Assembly (NCBI GenBank): GCA_004764695.1
Contig: SMSO01000014.1
Location: 4,102,845-4,166,844 of the forward strand
Source: Schizochytrium sp. TIO01
Lineage: Eukaryota; Protista; Bigyra: Labyrinthulomycetes
DNA: 64,000 bases
Direction: 5' to 3'
This document shows positions 10,753 to 22,028 of this stretch, piece by piece. Numbering within the stretch: the first letter of the stretch is position 1; each line of letters opens with the position of its first letter. The notes beneath the pieces were generated by a model. The model ran no database searches, was not told where the DNA came from, and saw only the letters and a program-made list of their open reading frames with translations. The position numbers were made by a program, and so were the translations under genes.

Positions 10753-12200
10753 ATGGCAGCAGCAGGATCAGAGGTGGCGGCGAAAAGGTTTTCACATCTG
10801 TTGAGAGCAACCAAGAATGCCTGGTAAGTTTACAGTACAGGTGGAGCAGACTTTGTTCTGGCAAACAACTTTGGGCTCTTACCTCGAAGTTGCAGAGTTC
10901 TCCGCGTAGGGTACATAGAGAAGTTTAAGGGTTCCTCTGGGCCTTGCAACAGTTAAAAAGGCTCTCCACAGGACACGGGTATAGTCTTCGGAGACGCAGT
11001 TGTGTGGCCAAGCGCTCAAACTAACGTTGTTGACCTTTTACTGTAACAAACTATATTTTACGCAGTGACCAGCTCGCCCCCCTTGTTCGTGAGCTGTACA
11101 AATCTGCAGACACAATCAATGAGCTCAAGGCCGATGAAAGTGTTTTTACGATTGCTGATGGGCTCGTTCAGGAATTGTTGACAAAAGCTTTGCTACGCAA
11201 TGGCGATGACTTCAAAGCCATTGTTGGCGAAGAAGACTCATCCTCAACAAACCTTCACATAAGACCGTATACAATCTCTGGACTTAACGTACCTGAACAA
11301 CTCTTTGATCGCATTGATAAGACCCGCGATGCAGTGCAGCTACTTGGGCGCGAGCTTGGTGCGGTTGTGGGACCTCGTGGATTTTCGGACTGCACTGTGT
11401 TTATTGATCCCATTGATGGCACTCGAGAGTTCTCGACAAAGATGGGCGAACAATGCACGATTCTCGTTGGATTTGCTGTAAAGGGTCGGCCCGCAGCTGG
11501 CGTCATGTATCGCCCTATTCCCAACCCCCCCTCCTGGGCGTTTGGCTGCAAGAGCGAAGGTATTTTTGAGTCTCAGCTGGATATGGATGGAGACGTGGCT
11601 ACAACTAGCTCTCCAATCAACCCTCATGGTTTGTTGACATCGAATGGATCGATTTCACCATTTTTGGAGCGTCTTCTTGAGGGCTTGGCCTCTCAGGAAG
11701 ACGCTAAAGTGTTTGCGGAGGATGAGGACAAACGTGATGCTGCTGATCAGATGCGTGTCCGTGCTGGTGGCGTGGGTAATAAGCTTATGAACCTCTTGGA
11801 ACACAAGGGCATGTTGTACATTCAAGATCGTGGCGTTTCGCGTTGGGACACATGCGCACCTCAAGCTGTAATCGAAGCTCGTGGTGGACTTTTGGTGAAG
11901 CTTTCAAGTTTGATGGCTTCTAAAAAACTCGAGTCTTACACCTATGAGAAAACAACTGAGAATCTCGACGTTAACACCGATTACCCTGTACAACTGGGCA
12001 AGTACAATCGCCGCTCGGCAGCTACTTCAAAGAATGATTCTTTTCTTGATGAGTCTCAACAGGCAACAGACCTTCGCCCCTATGCAAATGTATGCGGCTT
12101 TCTTGCACTTGATGCAGCTTCGGCAGCTCCGGAGCGCCTTGATGCAATCACATCTATGGTCCAAAGTGCAGCTGTAGAGTCAGAGCCTACCTTTTCTTAA
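10753..12200 (+). CDS. Inositol monophosphatase / 3'(2'),5'-bisphosphate nucleotidase family protein (2 exons)
   Basis: Exon 1 10753-10823, GTAAGT...CTAAC...CAG intron 10824-11065, exon 2 11066-12200. Motifs KADESVFTIADGLVQ, VGEE, FIDPIDGTREF, RWDTCAPQAV. Confidence 0.9.
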
Positions 12201-12707
12201 ACTAAAGATTGCTTAGCAAAGAAATTTAAACATAGATTTATCTTTTGTTATCTACAAGGGGCCTGCCTCAAGCTCAAGAAACCTTTTTTAATTCTTAAAA
12301 GGGTATACAGAGCCCCTTCACCAGCTTTATAAAACGCTGCAGTATATGAAGAGTAGTCTTTCTTGAAGTTTGACTGGTACACGCTTCAGGACATGATAAT
12401 AGTAAATTCACCAAGACAAATATTTAAATTCTTGTTGTTAACGCAAATACATTGCTTGTGCCTTACCTTAAACAACAGCAAGATCACCGCCCATTCATTG
12501 TCACATTTCAACTGACTGGTACCATTGATATTCTCCCTCTTTCCTCATGTTAAAGTGTTGAAAGGATACGAAGTTTTACTTTAGAAAAAGTGAACAATGT
12601 TTTGTTTTTAGGAAATCAAGCAGGATAATGTAAGGTACAGAAAGGCAAGACCAACGGTCAGACATAAAAGAAGATGAACTACAACTTTCAATGTGTCTTT
12701 CTCCATA

Positions 12708-13394
12708 TTAGTCACCACGAATACGCCTTGCAAGCTGAATATCGCGAACCATGAGAGTGACCCTCTTAGCGTGCAAGGCACAAAGATTAGCGTCGTGCAA
12801 GATACTGACCAAGTAAGCCTCTGCTGCCTCTTGGAGAGCAGTGAGTGCCTCGGATTGCCACCTGAATTCGTCAGTCTGTGTATATCGTTCTGTTTCCTCC
12901 TTCACTACACGTGCAAACGGCAATTTCTGAATGAGAAGTCCGGTGCTCCTCTGGTACTTTTTGATTTCGCGCAGAGCCCGCTCTCCAGGTCTGGCACGTT
13001 CATGGATTCCTTCCGAGTTCCGTCGAGGGTGCCTTCGCTTGCGTCTTTTTCGCATGGATTGAGATCCTCCTGAGGAGAACCTGCTCGAGGCGCCCGAGAC
13101 GAGCGTCCCCTTGCTTATCGCGCTCCCCGGAATGCTGCTTCTTGGCGTAGAGAAACCTCTCTTGCGGCGCATACGAGCATCATCCTCAGCGCTTGCGAGT
13201 GGTGTTACCCTTCTGCGAAAATCATCACGCACGCGTTCCTTTTCGCGGTCGCGAGCACTCCTCGGAGTCTCATGTCTGAGGTCACCATCATGAGCGTCAT
13301 CTTTTGAGGCAGCCTTCAACTTTGCTGCCTTTGCTTCCTCAGTGCGGGGCCTTCGCACGGGTGTGCTAAGCTCCTCCGCTTCGCTTTCCGACAT
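12708..13394 (-). CDS. CENH3: Centromeric histone H3 variant (CenH3/CENP-A)
   Basis: H3 fold with CenH3-type substitutions: PFARV (canonical Q68 to A), FRWQ (F84 to W), DANLC (T107 to A), loop 1 longer than canonical, and an unrelated ~130 aa N-tail. ATG at 13394 (MSESEAEE). Confidence 0.92.
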   Translation of the reverse strand: MSESEAEELSTPVRRPRTEEAKAAKLKAASKDDAHDGDLRHETPRSARDREKERVRDDFRRRVTPLASAEDDARMRRKRGFSTPRSSIPGSAISKGTLVSGASSRFSSGGSQSMRKRRKRRHPRRNSEGIHERARPGERALREIKKYQRSTGLLIQKLPFARVVKEETERYTQTDEFRWQSEALTALQEAAEAYLVSILHDANLCALHAKRVTLMVRDIQLARRIRGD

Positions 13395-16300
13395 CCTCGC
13401 AAAAATCACTGCCGCCACGACCTCCTTCCGCAGCAACGCGAGTTATGGGTTTTGATTTCTTCAACTTTAATCAAAAGTTAAAAGTTCGTCCAAAAAAGTT
13501 GGGAAGAGTTTCATTAGGCTAATCATGATAAAACAACGAACGCTATTTCGTGAACCACAGTAGACTATTCGTGACTTCTAAAGCGAATGAACATAGACAG
13601 AGTTCTTAAAAGAAAGTGAAGACACCCGTCACCTTGGCCATGCGCTATGAGCCTATCTAGATTCCAGATAGCTGGTGTATAGGATTGAATATGGAAAGTG
13701 AACGGACGATGAAAACGGTCGATGCTCTCAGGTTTAGGTTCCTAGGATACAATGTCTGCATGGTTCTAGCCTTGTATGCATTCGGCTCCTCTATTATACA
13801 AGAACCTGACGGACCACGAATGCAAAAGTGCCAACTTCTACTTACTTAACCACCAAGTATGTCTTGAAGATCAATAAACAAAGTATCGTGTTCTGGTAGG
13901 TAGGTGTAATGTTGATGTTTTCCATTCCCCCCTTAAATACTCCTGAGGTAATCAGTCATACACTCCCGGGTCCATTTGCCAGATGGCACGCTTGGAATGG
14001 CGGAATACGTACAGTGTTTTGAATACCAAAGTTGATGTTATTCCTCAAGGTTTCTACCATGTACTGTGAATTGGGACCTCACAGAACGAAGAGATCAATA
14101 GTTCTCCCCCCCGGCCTTTTTGAAAAATAAAACAATACATAAAACCAATGATAATGATACAAACTTTGCTTGTTTGAGGTATGCAGGCTCATGGTTGCCT
14201 GGGGCTTAATGTAGAAACCTGGAGTAACAGGCAAAATCACTCTGTTGCGTTGAATTATTATTCGGTCAGGCAAAGAACGGGCATTATTAAAAACAATTGA
14301 AAATAGTTCTACAAGAGCGAATTTTATCGCCCATGGTGGCTGCTAGCTACCTAGCTACTAAGGTCTGGAATCTCCAATCCTCCGAAGTTGACAGGGAGAA
14401 CCATGCGAACAGAAGTCAAGGGTTGCATATGGCCCAGCATTCACCCCAACATTCATGGCGTGGCAGTTTATCTGCAAGCTGCCAAATGTTTTTAATTTAA
14501 AATAAAATTAAAAATAGTGCATGTAGTCCCTCCCCCCTTTTGATAAGCACATCAGCGCAGGGCCAATTTCTTCTCGTTGTTCTTGTTGTTCATGTTATTC
14601 TTTCCAAGTACAATACCTACTCGCCAGATTTCGATGATGCCTAAAACCATATTATGATGCTGAGCGCGAATAAAACGATCTCCTTGTTTCCTCCTCTTTT
14701 TCCTTCTCCTTCTTCATGCCTCAAGAATCGCAATCTCACGATGCTCAGACTCCCAGCAGTAGAGCCCAGCAGTACAGTCTGCGGGAACAACTGCGTGGGC
14801 ACCGTCAGCCTGCTCCTGGGAAGATCGCTCGCGACGGTGAGTTTTCACTCCGCAGTAGCGGTAGAAGTGAAGCGCTCATAGTAAAGAATAGCTGCAGTAC
14901 CAGCAGAAGTAGTAGATTTGGAAGAACCCAGATTCTTCAATCAACGTTTGCCTAAGAAGCTCATGACAGCAGACGTAGAAGAAGGCACCTCGCAGAACCT
15001 ACCTGCATACTTTGGTGTGGAGGAGTGATTATTTTGCTAAAACGAGGTCTATGTCTCCATTGCTTGCTTGCTTGAGCACACCTATCAAATGACTGAAGGC
15101 CTATTAAAAAACAAAACAAAAAAACAGGACTGGTGAGTGCGGTGAGCAAGGTAGACATGCATAACTTGTGCTGTTTGGCCACTCCCGTACCAGGCGGCAG
15201 AACGCTCGCCATAATTGCCATGGATGCCAAGAGCGCGGCTTGCTTGACAGTACCCCGTTACCTTAGGTGAAGCGGTTCAAGTTGTATTAGATTCAAGATT
15301 GACGATGAGACTCGCCAAGATAAAATAGACGCACCCACACAGGATACACAGTTGGCAACGCGAGTGAAGGAAACAGTTTGGTTGGGGCCACAGAGACTGA
15401 TGCACGAACTAGGTGAATGGCAAAGTCGAATGCAGAGATGGATCTGTCTGTTACTGTCACCCGGAGTTCTGTTGGGGAGGCTTTCGCAAGCACATTTAAT
15501 TTAAGATTTCCGCCAGTAAATTGCACAAGGTTAAGCTGGGAATCGACTGCCTCAAGCCAGCTCCTCCTCTTTGTCCCAGACAAACACCATTCTCCATTCC
15601 AGCAACCAGTCAGTCAACCACTCATTCAGCCGGCCACTGGGGCAAGAGCAAGAGCAGCATCCTTGCATCCACCAAAACAGACAAGACAAGCAAGCAACCT
15701 CAGTGCGCACAACATCCGCTGTGGCCGTCGATATAAACTTCGCCCGTCCTCTGCATCGTCATTATGTTCATCTGCGGCAGCACGAGTAGCGCCAGCTACA
15801 GCAGCAGCCGCTCACCAAGAGGCGCACGGGCACTAGGTCGTTTCGTGCACGCACATGGAGCGACAAAGCCAACTTGCGCGGCAAAAAAACCAGCCCCAAG
15901 CTCAAAGCGTACGGCACCTTCCTGCACCAGCAGGTGCCCAATTCCGCAGCGCTTCACAGCGATGGATGGCCAGGTGGCCATCCATCAGCGCCGCACCACC
16001 AACTCGCCAGAGCATGCACGCCAAACAGGAGTTGAAAAGCGACGCGTGCCGACTCTTGCTTGTTCTGCGGGCTCCGTGAAAGACCGCCCACACCGCGAGC
16101 TAGTTCGCCAGAGTGCATGAACGTACGTGTTTGTTTGTTTGTTTGTTTGTTTATTTGTGTGTTTGTGTGTGTGTGAGGGAGAGAAAGCTCGAAAGGGGAT
16201 ACTAATGTGGATTCGAGGTGCTTCCTGACCAAACCACGGAATGCTGGCTCGCTTCTTGGTTCTCGAACTGCGGCTGCTGGTGGAGCTGCTGTTGGAGGCG

Positions 16301-17769
16301 CTGCTGGAGCTGCTGTTGGAGCTGAGCTGGCGACTTAATTAATTAAGTAATTGCGTGGGTCCACTCGTGGAGTCTAACGCCTTGGGTCACGGATTCAGCT
16401 CCCACGTGGTCAGGATAACCAACGCATGTGCTCGGAGAGCTTTACAACATAGGACGGGGTAACCAAGCACCTTGGGAATCTCAAGAGACATGGCGACGAG
16501 GAGGCTCTGGAGTGTGAGCAGATCAGAGGGTTCAAGTTGACTTGCGATTCTTTCTCTGCTGGGCTGCTTGCTTTAAAGGGGACTGCTTTGTCTCCTGTCG
16601 TCGTAAAAGGTACCCGGTTGATTTTACAAAGTCAGTCATTTGACTTATGAATGCGCCTCTACTAAAGCGTCTGCTGCTCCTTCTTTTTTGTGAAAGTTAT
16701 AAATAAGTATGGCTTGGAGTGGCCACATTGCAGCATGCGTGCATATTATCAGACCACGTCCTCAGCAATGCGCGCTTTCGATAAACATAGATACCTTCGT
16801 CATGTCCATCCTCTCTTCTAGCTAGGTACCTCACGTATCATTTCTAAAAAACCGTCTCGAAAGTTGCCGGAGCTGCCTCCCGCTGCCTAATCATTTTTAA
16901 TGAAACGCACTCATCAAGAAAACGTGCAAACATCATAATTTGCCAAGTCGGCAATGCTCTTCAGCAAGTTTGATATTCTAGCGAGCGGAGGTCTCCTTTC
17001 GACTACTTTCTGATCCTGTATCCAGATTGATCTTAAGCGCAGAAGGAGCCTCGCAATCCCAGCCGCTGCCATGGCACGGCCTAACTCGTTCAATGCCCCC
17101 CACTCAGCCTTGGCAGCCACCTCTGCAGTGGATCTACTGCGTGCCAGGTCGTCTACTGAAGGGACTTTTTCTTTCCCTCTTTCCGCCAGTTCCTACGGAC
17201 ACCATAAACACGCAGCAAGCCCCTACCATAAACCTCTGCGCATTCCGCACGGCCACCCACGCAACCCCAAAAAGCACGCTCGTACCGCCAGCTACCTGTC
17301 ATCATGCCTGTCCTCTAGCCCTTCCCGCCCATATCAAACCAGTCGGTATTCCTTCGCCACAATTCTTCGCAGTCTCCAGCGCTGCGATATTGAACTCTAT
17401 ATATATCTTTCATTCGATATCGAGAGCTCCTCGTGCGCTACGAGTCGGCTAACCGGCCCTAACGCCCTGTGTCCTACTGCCCCTTAGCCAGGTCCTACGG
17501 GCAGCGCACTGCTGGCACTGCTGGCACTGGAGGCGCTACTGTTGGCGGAGCTGCTGGAGTAAGTAAGAAGCTGCTTCAAGGCACAGGAATGTACCGCTCA
17601 GGCCGAGACTGCTGCCTGTTGAGCAGCCACGGAGCGAGGGCTAGCTTGTTTGCTTATTCGTTCACCGGGTTGCTTCGTTGGCTCTTCAGGTTTCACTCAC
17701 TCACGCACTCACTCACTCACGCTCTGACTGACTGACTTAGTTTATCCTACCTGTGTTTCTAACATCTTT

Positions 17770-17826
17770 TTTATTGTTTTAATTTATTGTTTTAGTTTAT
17801 TGTTTTAATTTATTGTTTTAATTTAT
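17770..17826. repeat. 13-bp minisatellite (TTTATTGTTTTAA) x4
   Basis: Four consecutive copies, one ending in AG, plus a partial fifth. Confidence 0.9.
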
Positions 17827-18782
17827 GAATTTATTTACTATTGTGTTTATTGAAGTAAGAGAAATATAATAAAATGCAGCTTATCACTATGAGAAAGCTG
17901 CTTTGGCTGCTGATGATGATGATAATAATATGCGAAAATAATAAAACAAAAAAAATTACTTACTCGGTAGAGTACGTCGGGCTGTTTATTCAGGTATTTA
18001 CCTTTCCTTTCAGGAGCCCAAGGGTCACTCCTCCGTGGTCTAACAGAGTGCGTGAAGGAAGGCTCCCTCCCATTGGTAGACAGGCTCTGCTGTTGGGCGC
18101 CAATGGGATTGAGGCTGATATCGAGGCCCGTGCTCATCTAATCACAGCAACCCTCGCTCAAAATATTGTGCGTATTCATTCTTCTGAAAGTTTATTTTAC
18201 TCTATTTCATTTTGTGAAAAAATGGCAAAATTTCGAGTTGTAAAATACAGCACTAAACGCATAATAACGCAGATACAGGCAACATGTCGCTTTGCTGGCG
18301 AACGAGACGGACCAGAATATCAGAACTCAGATGAGCATCCGCTCAAAGCTGCGAATCGGTCCTCTGAAGCGCCGCTATACCTCGAGAGCAACCAATGCGC
18401 AGGTCCTCTTTCGCTTCCTTTCAAGCTAACAACAATAACAGCCACCACCTACTATAGCGAGTGAGGTACGAAGAAGATATTAAGTTAAAAATAAACATAG
18501 AACTTATAAATAGATAAAATACTTGATAAGTAAATAAATAATTAAATAAATAAAAGAGGAATGGAATAACCTAAAAGCGAAAGCAGCTTCGTGGAGACCT
18601 GCCAACCTAAGTAGGTATCTACCTACTCACTCACTGCCTCAGCGGCGCTTCGAGCTCAAGAAGAAGAGCGCCCTCCTCGAAGTCCTGAAGAAAGCCAACG
18701 CGTTGCCTCTCCTCCTGCGATCTACTCTGCCCTTGCCAAAGATGTAGCTTCTCAAACAAACAATCCATTTCCTCTTCTCCCA

Positions 18783-18966
18783 CAAACAAACAAACAAACA
18801 AACAAACAAACAAACAAACAAACAAACAAACAAACAAACAAACAAACAAACAAACAAACAAACAAACAAACAAACAAACAAACAAACAAACAAACAAACA
18901 AACAAACAAACAAACAAACAAACAAACAAACAAACAAACAAACAAACAAACAAACAAACAAACAAA
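18783..18966. repeat. Perfect (CAAA)~46 microsatellite
   Basis: Uninterrupted tetranucleotide repeat of ~184 bp. Confidence 0.97.
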
Positions 18967-19437
18967 TAACTAATTATAATCAACTAAACAACTAAACAAA
19001 CGAACAAACAACGAAGAACAATAATAAACAGCTCCAGCGCAACCGAAGGCAGAAAGAAACAGCTGCAGAAGCGCCAGCAAAAGCCGCGAGGGCCTACGGA
19101 AAAGGAGCCTCTTCTGGCGCCTCGAGGCCTCGTGGTTGACCCCTTCCGCATCCTCTAACAGCCGCAGCGAGAGGTCCGTGTGGGCCACAGCGGCGCTGCG
19201 GATTTGACCCGAGCGCTCTTCTTCGCCACAGCGCAGACGGCCTCAGAGGAAAAGAGAAAGGGAGAGAGAGAGAGAGAGAGAGACTGCTTTACGCCCTTTC
19301 GCGCCGTTTGCTCTACTGTAGGGAGGGGTTTGCTCTACTGTACGGCGCCCGATTGTCTACTTTGGACGCGGTTTGTTTCACTACGCACAGCACGGGAACC
19401 CGCGTGGCCTGCAGCTCTCTCTCGTCCTCGAAACTGA

Positions 19438-19500
19438 CTCGCGATGCTCGCGATGCTCGAGATGCTCGAGATGCTCGAGATGCTCGAGATGCTCGAGATG
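19438..19500. repeat. 9-bp minisatellite (CTCGMGATG) x7
   Basis: CTCGCGATG x2 followed by CTCGAGATG x5. Confidence 0.92.
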
Positions 19501-20903
19501 ATGGCAACGACGCCGACGAAAGAGTGGCCCAGTTGACGCGGCTGAGGCTGTCTTTGGTCGCAACTTCACAGAGCAAGCGAGGCAAAACCATGGAGGTGAA
19601 CATGTTACATTACATTACATTACATTACATACTGCGTTTTAAAGGACTGGAGACGACGAAACGATAAAATAGCGATGCCGGTCTGTGAAGCAATGAATGT
19701 ATACTTTCCGGAGAGCGTTGATCTTAGGCTTTGCAGGGATTGCAAAGGGTTTTGCGAAGAGTATTGCGGATTGTGATGCCGTTGATGACACGATCGTTGT
19801 TGGAGTTCGTCAACAGTCGTCGCATTGGCTGGCTGTTTGCATCCTTCTTTTGCATACTAGTGCAACTCGGTTTCAATCTCGTGTCGTGATCAAGAAAGAG
19901 TATATCGACGCTCCTCAAGATGATGGTGATGATCTTGCGTTGAGTTGGTTGCATCTCTTTCTTTGGCGAGCGACGTTGTGCCTGTACATACATACATACC
20001 TATCTCGGATGACCTTCGCGTTCGCAACAACGATGAACTGTGATTTGATCATTTTGATCCTCTTCTTCGAAATCATCAAACAACGAAAGAAAGAAAGAAA
20101 GAAAGAAAGAAAGAGCTCGAACTTGGAAAGAGAAGAAGAGGATAGAAAAAGGAAGGAAGAAATTGCTTGCGGGTACTGCGGCGGTTAAGCCTTTCGGTAA
20201 GAGTGCCTCTCTGTGGATCACAGAGGGGAAAAACACCGTAGTAGGAGTACTAGGCGAAACTATGTACACACAGCGCCTCAGAGAGAATGAGAGGGAAACG
20301 GAGAAAGAACGAAAAAGCGCATATACTTCATTATCATTTATTGAATAAATTAAAAAAAATCAATATTGTTGAGCACATAAATTTCTTTTAATTGTTTGTT
20401 TTATAACTTGAACTCATACCAATAAAATAAATGAACTCACCTCAAGAGGACGGCTAGCCACACATAGGCAATACAGTACCACTGAGATGAGCGGCAAGAC
20501 TGGGGCTCATGTATGTTATTAATTGAAAATGCTAACTCTAATCTCAGCCATGATCGATGACCGCCTCTCCGATAGCTAATAATAACTAATCAGCACAGAG
20601 AAGAGCGGGCGCTTCGCAGTCTCTTCAACGTGTACCCATCGAAGCGCTCGATTGCTCAGAAGTAAACTTCTCCTCGACAGCACAAAACATTAGCAATTCC
20701 TGCCTTCTTACCTACCTACCACTCAGCGTAGCTAAGCCTTTCGTAACACTATATATTACGCTAGTGAAGGCTAGTGGGAATGCGGGGAATGATGCGTTGT
20801 TTTTTCCCTTGGGTGTTCGCAACGGGGAAGGGCAAAAAGAGTGCTAGAGTGTAGTAGGTGGGTCCTATGGAGTAGGAACTTGAAAAGAAGCTGATTTCTT
20901 TCT

Positions 20904-20934
<31 letters not shown>

Positions 20935-21434
20935 CTCTTTGTTTGTTTGAAGGTTAAAGAATTGAAAAAACGATTGTTTTGTTGGGTTGAACTTGAAAAT
21001 TAGAAATCGGTTTTGTTTGGATCATCATAGAATAAAAGCGGTAAATGATGAACAGCGAAAAGAGCTGTAATGCAGGAATGCATCGCGATGGTCACCAAAC
21101 TGTGCGCTCAGGGCGTGCGTGGAAAGACGGGAAAGAGCGGCGCTGCTTGAGGACAGGAGCGAAGAAGATATATATACTCTACTCCCTCGAAATTGAAAAC
21201 ACGCAAAGCTATGTATTAATGCTGTTGCTGCCAATCTTGTCTTGTTCTGATTGAAAATCTTTTCCCCTTATTTCAATGTAAATAATGACAATACTAATAA
21301 GAAGATGCGGAAAAGGAGAAATGAAAAAAAGCGATCGATCGTGATAAAAGTAGTAATAAATTTATAAATTCATTTTAAAATAAATAAAAGAGGAAAGAAA
21401 AAAGAAAGAGGAAAAGAAATAAAGAGAAAAACAA

Positions 21435-21700
21435 AGAGGCCCGTCGAGGCCACCGGCAGACGCGAGCGGCCACGGTCGTCGCGAGCAGAGGCAGGGTTGT
21501 CCGTCGGCGAGCCCCGAGCCCGCACTGGCGCCAGACCCCCTTAAATCCGCCGCACAGGCCGCATATAACCCCGCAAACGCTCCACCCTGTGACAAGGCCC
21601 GGGAATCGTCGATTTGGCGGCGATCTAGGTCCTCCTCCTCCTCCTCTTCTTCTTCTTTTGAAGTGACTCTTTCTCTTACATATACTATAATATTCGTGTA
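21435..21700 (+). promoter_or_regulatory. GC/CpG-rich proximal promoter of the AP2 gene with a TATA-like box
   Basis: Abrupt switch from an A-rich tract to a CpG-rich block at 21435-21640, then TACTATAATA at ~21682-21691, about 340 bp before ATG 22029. Confidence 0.4.
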
Positions 21701-22028
21701 GCACAAGGCAGTCGCGAGGAGTTCGAGACACAGAACACGAGCACCAAGAGACGCTTTAGAGCACCCCAAAGGTGCTTTGCTTTACAGTCTAAAAGTGAAC
21801 AAATCTCTGATTTAAGGAACTGTTCCGAGGTGTAAACAAAAACAAACTCAGGAGCCGAGTTTCGCTCATCCAGGCAACAACTACGAAGGTCGAATAAGCC
21901 CGACTGCTTTAACGCAAAGAAGCTACGGCTACAGAATTTGGATCAACTTATTCAATCTTGAGGCAAAAGAGATCCGTGGTTTGTTTAATTCGATCGTTGA
22001 TTGAGTTGGATCGACCTGGTCGACCAAG

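Noticed and set aside
17874-18464. 196-aa ORF in the AP2 upstream desert
   Set aside because: No recognisable motif; composition matches non-coding DNA.
18631-18983. Three FVCL-repeat ORFs
   Set aside because: Translations of the (CAAA)n microsatellite.
19697-20188. 163-aa ORF
   Set aside because: No motif; ends in a translated (GAAA)n repeat.
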